Made by a program: the position numbers and the translations under genes
The notes under the pieces: model-generated
Seen by the model: the letters and a program-made list of their open reading frames with translations, nothing else
Database searches by the model: none
Told to the model about the DNA's origin: nothing
Origin: Candidatus Omnitrophota bacterium
GTDB taxonomy: Bacteria; Omnitrophota; Gorgyraeia; Zapsychrales; Aceulaceae
DNA length: 64,000 nucleotides
Direction: 5' to 3'
Assembly (NCBI GenBank): GCA_029564765.1
Contig: JAKQPK010000013.1
Span: 28,216 to 92,215, forward strand
Shown here: one piece after another, positions 8,832 through 18,400 of the stretch
Position numbering within the stretch: the stretch's first letter is position 1
Layout: every line of letters starts with the position of its first letter

Positions 8832-8880
8832 TCCTCAAGATAAGGCCAAAGAAGGCAAGAACTTAGCTTGAGGATTTTTT
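8832..8880 (+). terminator. Intrinsic-terminator-like hairpin 3 (UCCUCAAG...CUUGAGGA then UUUUUU)
   Basis: Perfect 8-bp stem. The loop contains the hexaloop hairpin GCC-AAAGAA-GGC. A U6 tract follows, about 40 nt before the amtB RBS. Confidence 0.55.
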
Positions 8881-8918
8881 CTTTTAGAAAAAATCCTCTC
8901 CAATCAAAGGAGGAGGTT

Positions 8919-10262
8919 ATGTGGCGAAGATTTTTCTCGGCTGTTAGGATTATAGGGTTGGTTATGCTGGGGCTTATGGCTTTACCAAGCCATAGCTTTG
9001 CTGAAGAGCCCGTTGCATGGGCAAGTCAGGTCGGATTGGATACTGTCTGGGTGTTGATCGCCGCGTTCTTGGTTTTTTTCATGCAAGCGGGCTTTGGGAT
9101 GGTAGAGGCCGGCTTTATCAGAGCCAAGAATACGTGCAATATCTTGACGAAAAACTTTTTGGATTTTTGTATGGCGTCGTTAGGTTTTTTTATTTTTGGC
9201 TACGCCATCATGTTCGGTCCAGGCAACGGCTTCATGGGGTTCAAGGGATGGTTTTTGGTGGGTGCTGAATCCGCTTCAAGCGTTCCCTTGTTCGCCTTTT
9301 GGTTGTTTCAAGCTGCTTTCTGCGGAGCTGCAGCCACGATCGTGGCTGGAGGCATGGCAGAGCGCATGAAATTTCAAGCTTACCTTATTTACTCGTTTGT
9401 GATCTCTGCCTTGATATATCCTATCATTGGTCATTGGGTTTGGGGTGGTGGATGGCTTGCTAAATTAGGTTTTATGGATTTCGCTGGCTCAACGGTTGTT
9501 CATGCCGTTGGTGGTTTTGCTGCCCTGATAGGAACGATCATTCTAAAACCAAGAACAGGCAAGTACAATCCGGATGGATCTGCAAATGCTATTGCCGGCC
9601 ATAATATTCCTCTCGCTTCTTTAGGGGTCTTTATCTTGTGGTTTGGCTGGTTTGGTTTCAATCCAGGATCTACGTTAAGCGTTGGGGATGGAGAGCTGAT
9701 CGGACGCGTCGCGATCAATACCAATTTAGCCGCGGCAACCGGAGGCATTATGGCTATGCTGATGGTTTGGAAGATGTTTGGAAAGCCTGATCTTTCGATG
9801 GCCATGAACGGTGCTTTGGCAGGATTGGTGGCTGTGACCGCTCCTTGCGCTTTTATCGATCCTTGGGCCGCTATCGTGATCGGAGGAGTAGGCGGGCTTA
9901 TCGTTGTTTTAGGGGTTGTGATCCTTGACAAGCTTCAGATCGATGATCCGGTCGGTGCTGTTCCCGTCCATGGTCTTAATGGTGTTTGGGGCACGCTTTC
10001 CATCGGTATTTTTGGTAAGGCAGCCTTGGGAGTTCCTTCCAGCGGCCTTTTGTATGGCGGAGGATTTTCTCAGCTTGGGATCCAGCTGTTAGGTGTTTTG
10101 GCTGCTGTTAGCTTTGTTGTTGTCACGATGGGACTTCTTTTTAAGATCGTTGATGCTACGATCGGGCTTCGTGTTTCGAAGGAAGAAGAATTCAAGGGTT
10201 TGGATATCGGAGAACATGGAATGGAATCTTACTCTGGCTTTCAAGTCTTTACGACCCAATAA
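8919..10262 (+). CDS. amtB: Ammonium transporter AmtB (Amt/MEP family) with signal peptide
   Basis: RBS GGAGGAGG plus ATG at 8919. Amt signature [26 protein letters not shown] and 11-TM topology. The track ORF begins earlier at TTG 8868. Confidence 0.9.
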   Translation: MWRRFFSAVRIIGLVMLGLMALPSHSFAEEPVAWASQVGLDTVWVLIAAFLVFFMQAGFGMVEAGFIRAKNTCNILTKNFLDFCMASLGFFIFGYAIMFGPGNGFMGFKGWFLVGAESASSVPLFAFWLFQAAFCGAAATIVAGGMAERMKFQAYLIYSFVISALIYPIIGHWVWGGGWLAKLGFMDFAGSTVVHAVGGFAALIGTIILKPRTGKYNPDGSANAIAGHNIPLASLGVFILWFGWFGFNPGSTLSVGDGELIGRVAINTNLAAATGGIMAMLMVWKMFGKPDLSMAMNGALAGLVAVTAPCAFIDPWAAIVIGGVGGLIVVLGVVILDKLQIDDPVGAVPVHGLNGVWGTLSIGIFGKAALGVPSSGLLYGGGFSQLGIQLLGVLAAVSFVVVTMGLLFKIVDATIGLRVSKEEEFKGLDIGEHGMESYSGFQVFTTQ

Positions 10263-10282
10263 GCCGGAGATCGGAGGTTAAT

Positions 10283-10624
10283 ATGAAATTAATTATCGCA
10301 ATGATCCAACCGCACAAATTGCCTGATGTCAAAAAAGCGCTGTTTGATGCACAAGTTCACAAAATGACGGTCACCAATGTGTTGGGATGCGGTCAGCAAA
10401 AAGGTTATAGTGAGACATATCGTGGCGTTATTCACGAGATCAATCTTCTGAAAAAAGTACGCCTTGAGATCGCAGTAAATGAAGACTTTGTAGAACCCAC
10501 AATTAACGCTATAATGAAAGGTGCTCGTAGCGGTAATGTGGGCGATGGCAAGGTGTTTGTCCTGGACTTGCCCCGCTGTATTCGCATCAGGACTGGGGAA
10601 GAAGGAAGGGAAGCCATCGGATAA
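10283..10624 (+). CDS. glnK: Nitrogen regulatory protein P-II (GlnK type, amtB-linked)
   Basis: [13 protein letters not shown]...[13 protein letters not shown] (T-loop with the conserved Tyr)...DGKVFV. Lies immediately downstream of amtB. Confidence 0.9.
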   Translation: MKLIIAMIQPHKLPDVKKALFDAQVHKMTVTNVLGCGQQKGYSETYRGVIHEINLLKKVRLEIAVNEDFVEPTINAIMKGARSGNVGDGKVFVLDLPRCIRIRTGEEGREAIG

Positions 10625-10659
10625 CCTTTGATCATGATCATCCTAAGGAGGAAAGGGCA

Positions 10660-12765
10660 ATGAAAGAAAAATTAGAAAAAGGACAAGGGAAAGAGCTCCA
10701 GGACTTGTACGGAGAGAATGTTTTCAGCCTGAAAGTAATGCGTAATTATCTTTCAGAGCCGGCCTACAAGTCTTTAAGCACGACGATCCGTACGGGTGGA
10801 ACGTTGGATCCGAGTATCGCTGATGAAGTTGCTGATGCGATGAAAACATGGGCGCTGTCCAAAGGGGCGACACATTTTACTCATTGGTTTCAGCCGTTAA
10901 CCGGCCTTACCGCGGAAAAACATGACGCATTCATCTCTCCCGATGGTGAGGGTGGAGCTATCTTGAAGTTTTCTGGCCAAGAGTTAACGCAAGGTGAACC
11001 AGATGCCTCTAGTTTTCCTTCGGGGGGATTACGTCCTACCTTTGAAGCGCGAGGATATACTGGATGGGATCCAACAAGCCCAGCATTCATCAAGGAAAGC
11101 CCTCAGGGCGCGACACTGTGCATTCCAACTTATTTTGTCGGTTGGCACGGCGAAGCTCTTGATAAGAAAACGCCACTTTTGCGTTCCATGAAGGCGTTGT
11201 CCAAACAAGTATGCCGACTGGCAGAGCTGTTTGGGATCAGCTCCAAGGGAAAGCAAGCTTATGCCACCTTAGGTGGAGAGCAAGAGTACTTCTTGATCGA
11301 TCGTGAGTATTACAATCAAAGGATCGATCTTATTCAGACCGGAAGGACCTTGTTTGGCAAGGAGCCTGCCAAACATCAACAGATGGCGGATCATTATTTT
11401 GGCGCCATCAAGACTCGTATTATCGCGTTCATGGAAGATCTTGATCGTGAGATGTGGAAGCTGGGTGTTCCTACCAAGACGCGCCATAATGAAGTTGCTC
11501 CTGCACAGTTTGAAGTCGCTCCGGTCTTTGAAAGTTTGAACTTGGCAGTTGACCACAACATGCTTTGCATGGAGATGCTTCAGAAAGTAGCTGAACGTCA
11601 CGGACTTGCTTGTCTGTTGCATGAAAAACCTTTCGCAGGCGTCAACGGCTCTGGAAAGCATAACAATTGGTCTATCGTTGGGCCTGACGATAAGAATTGG
11701 CTTTCCCCAGGAGAAAATCCACATGAGAACGCGAAGTTCTTGGTGACGTTGTGCGCGGTCATCAAGGCCGTTGACACGTACGCGGGGCTTTTACGATCAG
11801 GGGTTGCTTCCGCAGGTAACGATCATCGCCTTGGCTCACACGAGGCTCCTCCAGCGATCATCTCGATCTTCCTTGGCGATCAGCTGACAGATATTATTGA
11901 GCAGATCGAAAAAGGAGAGGCAAAGAGCTCTAAAAAAGGAGGCATCCTGGAGATCGGCGTTGATGTTCTTCCTAAGCTCCCACGGGATGCAACAGATCGC
12001 AACAGGACATCTCCTTTTGCTTTTACAGGGGCTAAGTTCGAGTTCCGCGCTGTAGGTTCGAACATGAGCTTAGGCGGGCCCAACATTATATTGAACACGA
12101 TCGTTGCTGAAAGCTTGGATGAGATCTGTACGATCTTAGAGGCGGACAAGAAAGCCAAGAAAGATTTTAACAGTTCTGTGCAAAAGCTTTTGCAGGCGAT
12201 CATCAAAAAGCATAAGCGTGTGATTTTTAATGGTGATAATTACACTGAAGACTGGGTCAAAGAAGCGAAAAAACGCGGCTTGCCTAATCTAAAGACGACA
12301 CCTGAGGCTTTGGCAGAACTTAAAGACCCTAAGGTTGCCGACCTTTTTGAGAAATATGGCGTATTGACCAAAAGAGAGCTTTTGTTGAGGCACGATGTTT
12401 ATAAAGAAACATATAGCACCATTCTTAATTATGAAGGACGCTTGGCCGTTAATATGGCTCAGACAATGATCATGCCTGCAGTTCTAAGTTATCAGCATGA
12501 GCTGTCTGAGACGATCAAGTCGATCGAAAGCGTGAATAAAACAAAAGCAAAGGCCTTAAGAGCGCTGCTAAAAGATATTTCTGGAAAGGCAGAAGAGGCT
12601 CTAGAGCTTGTTGCAAAGCTGGAAGAAGCTATTGCAAAAGAGAACACAGCAAAGATCAAGGAGGGAACCGCTGCGTTACGCGGTCCGATCGACGCTCTTG
12701 AAGGATTAGTGCCGGCAGATATTTGGCCGTTACCATCGTATGCTGAAATGTTGTTTAAATTCTGA
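10660..12765 (+). CDS. glnN: Glutamine synthetase type III (GSIII, GlnN)
   Basis: The 701-aa length and sequence pattern are typical of GSIII rather than the roughly 470-aa GSI. Immediately follows amtB-glnK. Confidence 0.75.
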   Translation: MKEKLEKGQGKELQDLYGENVFSLKVMRNYLSEPAYKSLSTTIRTGGTLDPSIADEVADAMKTWALSKGATHFTHWFQPLTGLTAEKHDAFISPDGEGGAILKFSGQELTQGEPDASSFPSGGLRPTFEARGYTGWDPTSPAFIKESPQGATLCIPTYFVGWHGEALDKKTPLLRSMKALSKQVCRLAELFGISSKGKQAYATLGGEQEYFLIDREYYNQRIDLIQTGRTLFGKEPAKHQQMADHYFGAIKTRIIAFMEDLDREMWKLGVPTKTRHNEVAPAQFEVAPVFESLNLAVDHNMLCMEMLQKVAERHGLACLLHEKPFAGVNGSGKHNNWSIVGPDDKNWLSPGENPHENAKFLVTLCAVIKAVDTYAGLLRSGVASAGNDHRLGSHEAPPAIISIFLGDQLTDIIEQIEKGEAKSSKKGGILEIGVDVLPKLPRDATDRNRTSPFAFTGAKFEFRAVGSNMSLGGPNIILNTIVAESLDEICTILEADKKAKKDFNSSVQKLLQAIIKKHKRVIFNGDNYTEDWVKEAKKRGLPNLKTTPEALAELKDPKVADLFEKYGVLTKRELLLRHDVYKETYSTILNYEGRLAVNMAQTMIMPAVLSYQHELSETIKSIESVNKTKAKALRALLKDISGKAEEALELVAKLEEAIAKENTAKIKEGTAALRGPIDALEGLVPADIWPLPSYAEMLFKF

Positions 12766-12768
12766 TCT

Positions 12769-13473
12769 ATGCATGTTTTAGCTGTTCAACATGTTTCAAT
12801 TGAAGGACTAGGTCTTTTTGAAGCACTACTGAAAGAATCTGGCGCGCAAACAACGGTCGTTGATGTTAGCATTGGTGACCAGCTTCCGCTTGATCCCAAG
12901 GATTTTCAGGCCGTTATCAGCCTTGGGGGGCCTATGAATGTTTATGAAGAGGAAAAATATCCTTTTCTAAAATGTGAAAATACGTTCATTCAAAATATTC
13001 TTGAAGCTGAGATCCCATTCTTAGGGATCTGCTTGGGTTCTCAGCTTTTAGCAAAAGCTGCGGGTGCGTGTGTTCAGAAAGCGCCCTTTGAAGAGATCGG
13101 CCTTTATGACGTCTGGCTGACAGTAGAAGGCAGGCAAGATCCTTTGTTCGCTGGGATCCAAACGCCTTTTAAGGTTTTTCAGTGGCATGAGGATATGTTC
13201 GGTATCCCCGCGCAGAAAGGCGTTTGCTTAGCCGGATCGGATATGTGCCCTCATCAGGCGTGCCGCATCGGTCAAAACGCGTATGGCCTGCAGTTTCATG
13301 TGGAAGTAACTCAGGATATGATCATCAGCTGGATGCAAGAATATTGGAAGATCAAAAATGTTTATGATCATGAAGATTCTCGGAAAGTTCTGGAAGAGTA
13401 TGCTCGGGCGCAAAAAGGCCTTTATAACGTTGCCACAAAGATCTTTACCAATTTTCTATCATTAATACGCTGA
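12769..13473 (+). CDS. Class I glutamine amidotransferase (GATase1) domain protein
   Basis: MHVLAVQHVSIEGLG...GICLGSQLLAKAAGA (catalytic Cys)...LQFHVEV (His). GMP-synthase-like GATase1 fold. Confidence 0.75.
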   Translation: MHVLAVQHVSIEGLGLFEALLKESGAQTTVVDVSIGDQLPLDPKDFQAVISLGGPMNVYEEEKYPFLKCENTFIQNILEAEIPFLGICLGSQLLAKAAGACVQKAPFEEIGLYDVWLTVEGRQDPLFAGIQTPFKVFQWHEDMFGIPAQKGVCLAGSDMCPHQACRIGQNAYGLQFHVEVTQDMIISWMQEYWKIKNVYDHEDSRKVLEEYARAQKGLYNVATKIFTNFLSLIR

Positions 13474-13514
13474 TTTTTTTTGATCAAGGATGCCTAAAAA
13501 ATAGGCAAGACACA

Positions 13515-15209
13515 ATGAAGAAAAGTATCCGTATTGGCTTAGCACAGATCAACACAACTGTTGGAGACCTAGCAGGTAACCAGAAAAAGATCTGCGCGTA
13601 TATCGGTAAGGCACGACAGTCCGGTTGTGATATTGTCGTCTTTCCAGAGCTTGCGATCACGGGATATCCTCCGGAAGATCTTTTGCTAAAAAAACATTTT
13701 ATCGCCGCCAACCGCAAGGCGATCCAGGCGGTCGCTGGCGAAGCCAAGGATATCGTTGCCGTGGTCGGCTTTGTGGATGTTGATGTTCACGGGCATCTGT
13801 ACAATGCGGCGGCGATCATCGCCGGCAAGAAGATACAAAGCGTTTATCGCAAGAATCATTTGCCCAATTATGGTGTTTTTGACGAGCAAAGGTATTTTAC
13901 ATGCGGCCGCGATATCAATATTTTTTACTATGATGGCTTAAAGATCGGTGTCAGCATTTGTGAAGACATCTGGCAGGGATCAGAGTATTGTAAGCGTTAT
14001 GCCAAACAAGGCGCGAGAATACTTTTGAATTTATCCGCCTCTCCTTACCACTGTTATAAAAACAGCGAGCGTCAGACGGTCCTAAAAGCATGTGCCCGTA
14101 CTAGTCGCAGCGTGGTGTGTTATTGCAATCTGGTGGGCGGTCAAGATGAGCTTGTCTTTGACGGACAAAGTGTTATTTTGGACTCAAAAGGCCATTGGAT
14201 AACTTCAGCTGAAGCTTTTCAAGAAGATTTGTGCGTTACGGATGTTCTTGTGGAAACTTCAGCAGGACGCAAAGGCCAAGATCTCAAGGGCTTTTCTTCT
14301 CAGCGCTCATCCAGCCATCCAAAGATTTTGATCACACGTAAAAAAGTTCAGCCATTATCGCGGATTGATGAGATCTATCAAGCGTTGGTTTTGGGAACGC
14401 GGGATTATGTGGTCAAGAACGGCTTTCAGAACGTAGTTATAGGATTGAGCGGAGGCATTGATTCAGCGCTGGTGGCGACGATCGCCAAAGATGCTTTAGG
14501 CCCAGACCATGTTTTGGGGGTTTGCATGCCATCGCGATATACCTCTGAGGAGACATTGCGTGACGCCAGGGCTCAGGCGCATAGTTTAGGGATCTGTTTT
14601 CAACAGATCCCAATTGATGAATTGTTTTCTGCGTATCTAAAGGTCCTGCAGCCGATCTTTGTGGATCATGCGGTGAACATCGCGGAAGAAAATCTACAGG
14701 CGCGCATTCGAGGAAACCTTTTGATGGCGCTTTCTAATAAATTTGGCCACTTAGTCCTTACGACCGGCAACAAAAGTGAGATCGCTGTCGGCTACTGCAC
14801 TTTGTATGGAGATATGGCCGGGGGTTTTGCTGTGATCAAGGATGTTCCGAAAACCGTTGTTTATCAGCTGGCCCGCAGGATCAATGTTCAGCAAGGCAAA
14901 GAAGTGATCCTTAAGAGCATTATTGATCGAGCTCCGACAGCAGAATTAAAAGAAAACCAGAAAGATCAAGACACGCTTCCCGCGTATGATGTGTTAGATG
15001 CGATCTTGCAGGATTATGTTGAGAATGACAAAGGATTGGCGCAGCTAAAGCGTCCAGGTCGCGATGCTGCGCTTATAAAAAATATTGTACAGCTTGTTGA
15101 TCGGATGGAATATAAGCGCCGTCAAGCTCCTTTAGGCGTGAAGATAACCCCTAAGGCGTTTGGCAGGGATCGGCGATTACCCATTACCAATCAATATCGC
15201 GAAAGATAG
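13515..15209 (+). CDS. nadE: Glutamine-dependent NAD+ synthetase NadE (nitrilase/CN-hydrolase domain plus NAD synthetase domain)
   Basis: N-terminal CN-hydrolase (IGLAQINTTVGD...FPELAITGY). C-terminal PP-loop GLSGGIDSALVA. Confidence 0.9.
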   Translation: MKKSIRIGLAQINTTVGDLAGNQKKICAYIGKARQSGCDIVVFPELAITGYPPEDLLLKKHFIAANRKAIQAVAGEAKDIVAVVGFVDVDVHGHLYNAAAIIAGKKIQSVYRKNHLPNYGVFDEQRYFTCGRDINIFYYDGLKIGVSICEDIWQGSEYCKRYAKQGARILLNLSASPYHCYKNSERQTVLKACARTSRSVVCYCNLVGGQDELVFDGQSVILDSKGHWITSAEAFQEDLCVTDVLVETSAGRKGQDLKGFSSQRSSSHPKILITRKKVQPLSRIDEIYQALVLGTRDYVVKNGFQNVVIGLSGGIDSALVATIAKDALGPDHVLGVCMPSRYTSEETLRDARAQAHSLGICFQQIPIDELFSAYLKVLQPIFVDHAVNIAEENLQARIRGNLLMALSNKFGHLVLTTGNKSEIAVGYCTLYGDMAGGFAVIKDVPKTVVYQLARRINVQQGKEVILKSIIDRAPTAELKENQKDQDTLPAYDVLDAILQDYVENDKGLAQLKRPGRDAALIKNIVQLVDRMEYKRRQAPLGVKITPKAFGRDRRLPITNQYRER

Positions 15210-15210
15210 T

Positions 15211-15444
15211 ATGGCGCTAGAACAAAAAAAGAATAAAGTTGGCTCTCGAGTGGTAGATCATGATGCGCTGCGTATCGCGTATCGCGTGATCGTTGAGCGC
15301 GTAGAGAAAGGCTTGATCGAAAAAGCACTCGGGATCACGGCAGGAAACCAGATCGTTGCTGCCAAAGTGTTGGGCATTAATCGGAACACGATCCGTCATA
15401 AAATACGCAGGTTTGGCATCAAGGTTACGAGATTCAAAAAATGA
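15211..15444 (+). CDS. Small Fis-family HTH DNA-binding protein (stand-alone NtrC-C-terminal/Fis-type HTH)
   Basis: LIEKALGITAGNQIVAAKVLGINRNTIRHKIRRFGI matches the Fis/NtrC HTH_8 motif. Its start abuts the nadE stop and its stop overlaps the gltB start. Confidence 0.6.
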   Translation: MALEQKKNKVGSRVVDHDALRIAYRVIVERVEKGLIEKALGITAGNQIVAAKVLGINRNTIRHKIRRFGIKVTRFKK

Positions 15445-18400
15445 AAAACAAAAACATTCCTTATCGGCAAGGACTCTATGATCCGGCCCACGAGCACGAT
15501 AGCTGCGGTGTCGGTTTTGTTGTGAACATCAACGCGGAAAGATCACATTTGATCGTTGAGCGCGGCATAGAAGTCCTGCGCAAATTATTGCATCGAGGAG
15601 CTACCGCCGATGATCATAAGACAGGTGACGGCGCGGGGATCCTGCTGCAAATCCCGGACGCGTTCTTGCGTACACAATGTCAGGCGCTTAAGATCAACTT
15701 GCCAGCCGCTGGACAATTTGGCGTTGGCATGATCTTTATGCCGCAGCAAGAGCCAGAGCGAAAACATTGTCAAAGGATCGTTGAAGAAACAACCATTGAA
15801 GAAGGGCTTGATTTTCTCGGCTGGCGGGTGGTCCCGGTATGTGACAGCACGCTAGGTAAGAAGGCCAAAGAAGAACAGCCTTTTGTTATGCAATGTTTTA
15901 TCGCTAAGCAGGGCCTAGAAAGAATATCTGGAGCCTTGGAGCGCAAACTCTATGTTCTTCGCCGGCAGATCGAACTCAAGGTCGAGGCAGCTTTAGCGCT
16001 GCAGGATCGATTTTATATCCCTAGCTTTTCTAGCCAAACGATCGTTTATAAGGGTTTGTTGATGGGAACGCAGCTGACGGAGTTTTATTTAGACTTGAAC
16101 GCTCCTTCGTTTGTGAGCGCTTTGGCCGTGATCCATCAGCGCTATAGCACAAACACGTTCCCTTCCTGGAAGCTCGCGCAGCCTTTTCGCTATCTTGCTC
16201 ACAACGGAGAGATCAATACGCTGCGTGGCAACCTTAACCAGATGAAGGCTAGAGAGAAATTCTTAAAAAGTGATCTGTTCAAGGAAGAGCTAAAAAAGAT
16301 CTTACCGGTGATCGATCCCCATGGAAGCGATTCAGCCTGTTTAGACAACGCGTTAGAATTGTTAACATCCTGCGGCCGCGATCTTCCGCACGCGATGATG
16401 ATGTTGATCCCTCAGGCGTGGGGCTTAAAATATCCTATCGGCCCTGATCTGCGTGGGTTTTTTGAGTATCACGCAGGCTTAATGGAACCTTGGGACGGGC
16501 CGGCAGCGGTTGCTTTTAGCAACGGACTTTCCGTTGGAGCTTTGTTAGACCGTAACGGTCTTCGACCAGCGCGCTATACCATCACACGGGATAATTTTAT
16601 GGTGCTAGCCTCAGAGACCGGTGTGCTTAATTTTGCCGAAGAGAATGTTATTGAGAAAGGCGCCTTAAGGCCCGGCGAAATGATCTTGGTGGATCTCGAT
16701 AAAAAAAGAGTTGTAAAGAACACAGAGATAAAGACATTTTATACCCGGCGACAACCATATCGACGATGGGTGCAAGAAAATAAGATCGCGCTGCATGGGC
16801 TGTTCAATGATGTGGCTCCTGTACCTGTTGATACAAAAAAACTTCTTTTTTCACAAAAACTTTTTGGCTATACGCGTGAAGATATTGAAATGGTCCTTAC
16901 GCCTATGGCGGTAACCGGACATGAGCCTGTGGGGTCTATGGGCGCAGATACGCCATTGGCTGTGTTATCTGACAAGCCTCAGCTGTTGTATTGGTATTTC
17001 AAACAATTATTCGCGCAGATCACCAACCCTGCTATTGACCCTATTCGCGAGGAACTCGTGATGTCTTTGATGACATTCATGGGTAATCCAGGAAACATCT
17101 TATCAGAGATCCCGCAGAATAGCCGCCTGATCAAGCTAGCCCATCCTATTTTTTCAAATGAAGACTTGGAGCGGATCCAATCTTTGAACTTGGAAGAATT
17201 CTGGACAACGACCTTGCAGATGGGATTTTCATCTCATGGCTGCGGTTCTAATTTGGAAGAGGCCTTGGGTCAAATTTGCCGCGCGGCTGAAGCGTCGGTC
17301 GCGAATGGCTGTTCGATCATCATTCTGAGCGATCGCAATCTTTCCAGTGATCTTATTCCGATCCCAGCTCTTTTGGCTGTTTCTGCCGTCAATCAGCATT
17401 TGATCGCTAAGGGTATGAAGGCTGGCGTTGACCTCATTGTTGAAACAGCAGAGGCGAGAGAAGTTCATCATATTGCACTTTTGCTGGGATTTGGCGCTGC
17501 CGCTGTCAACCCGTATTTTGCTTTTGAGATCATCGCGGATATGGTGGCACGCAAGTTGCTGCCTGCCGATGTGCCTGTGACAAAAGCCATTGAAAATTAT
17601 ATTGAAGCGCTTTGCAAAGGGCTTTTGAAGGTCATGTCCAAAATGGGGATCTCAACATTGCGCAGCTATCGTGGATCACAGATCTTTGAAGCGGTTGGGC
17701 TTAGCTGCGATGTTGTTGAGAGATATTTTACTGGAACGGCTTCCCGCGTTGAAGGTGTCGGCCTGGAAGAGATCGCCGCGGAGGCTAAGGCCCGTTATGG
17801 AGCGGCGCATGAAGAGATGACCCAGGATTCTGCGCTATTGCCCGCAGGAGGACAATATCGTTATCGTCAGAATGAAGAAAGACATTTGTGGACTCCGGAA
17901 TCGATCAGCAAGCTTCAAATGGCTACGCGCGACAAGGACTATCGCCTCTACAAAGAATATGCAGCGTTGATCAACGATCAAACGAAAAGACAAAGTACAT
18001 TGCGAGGGCTTTTTCGATTTAAAAAAACAGACCCGATCCCTCTGGAAGATGTTGAACCTGCAGAGACGATCGTGAAACGCTTTGTTACTTCGGCGATGTC
18101 ATTCGGTTCCATTAGTCGGGAGGCTCATGAAACGTTAGCGATCGCGATGAATCGCCTGAAGGCAATGAGCAATAGCGGTGAAGGCGGTGAAGATCCTGAC
18201 CGCTATCATCCTCTGCCCAACGGTGATAGCCGGTGCAGCGCGATCAAGCAGGTTGCCAGCGGACGCTTTGGCGTCACGGCTGAATATTTGGTCCATTCTA
18301 GAGAGGTTCAGATCAAGATCGCTCAAGGCGCAAAGCCCGGAGAAGGAGGACAGCTTCCAGGCCACAAGGTCAATAGTGAGATCGCGCGCGTGCGCCATTC

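Larger units (their letters stand above)
8708..8880 (+). promoter_or_regulatory. Leader with three tandem units (hexaloop hairpin plus terminator hairpin plus U tract): candidate ANTAR-controlled antitermination attenuators
   Basis: Units start at about 8708, 8761 and 8821 with GGGCAACGAAGUCC, GGGCACAGAAGUCC and GGGCAAUGAAGUCC. Each folds as a GGGC/GUCC stem closing a hexaloop A-N-N-G-A-A, followed by a GC-rich hairpin and a U run. Confidence 0.55.

Noticed and set aside
8708-8880. Tandem glutamine (glnA-RNA) riboswitches as the identity of the three repeated leader units
   Set aside because: Tandem glutamine riboswitches upstream of nitrogen genes are known, but I could not match the units to the conserved glnA-RNA core from memory. 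The hexaloop A1/G4 hairpin plus terminator geometry, together with a cognate ANTAR protein nearby, explains them better. An Rfam/Infernal scan should still be run.
9017-9931. Track ORFs 9017..9268 (+) and 9500..9931 (-) inside amtB
   Set aside because: They are nested in alternative frames of a strongly supported Amt transporter gene and have no RBS or recognisable domains. They are spurious. The same reasoning applies to the other short antisense or overlapping track ORFs inside gltB, carB, glnN, nadE, the hybrid histidine kinase and the remaining confirmed genes.
15055-15215. Apparent frameshifts at the nadE C-terminus when reading the printed sequence across two line boundaries
   Set aside because: The supplied ORF track gives an intact 564-aa NadE and an intact overlapping small ORF that are mutually consistent. 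I most likely miscounted homopolymer runs (CCC/CCCC, A6/A7) at the line joins. Treat hand-derived coordinates as accurate to about 2 nt.
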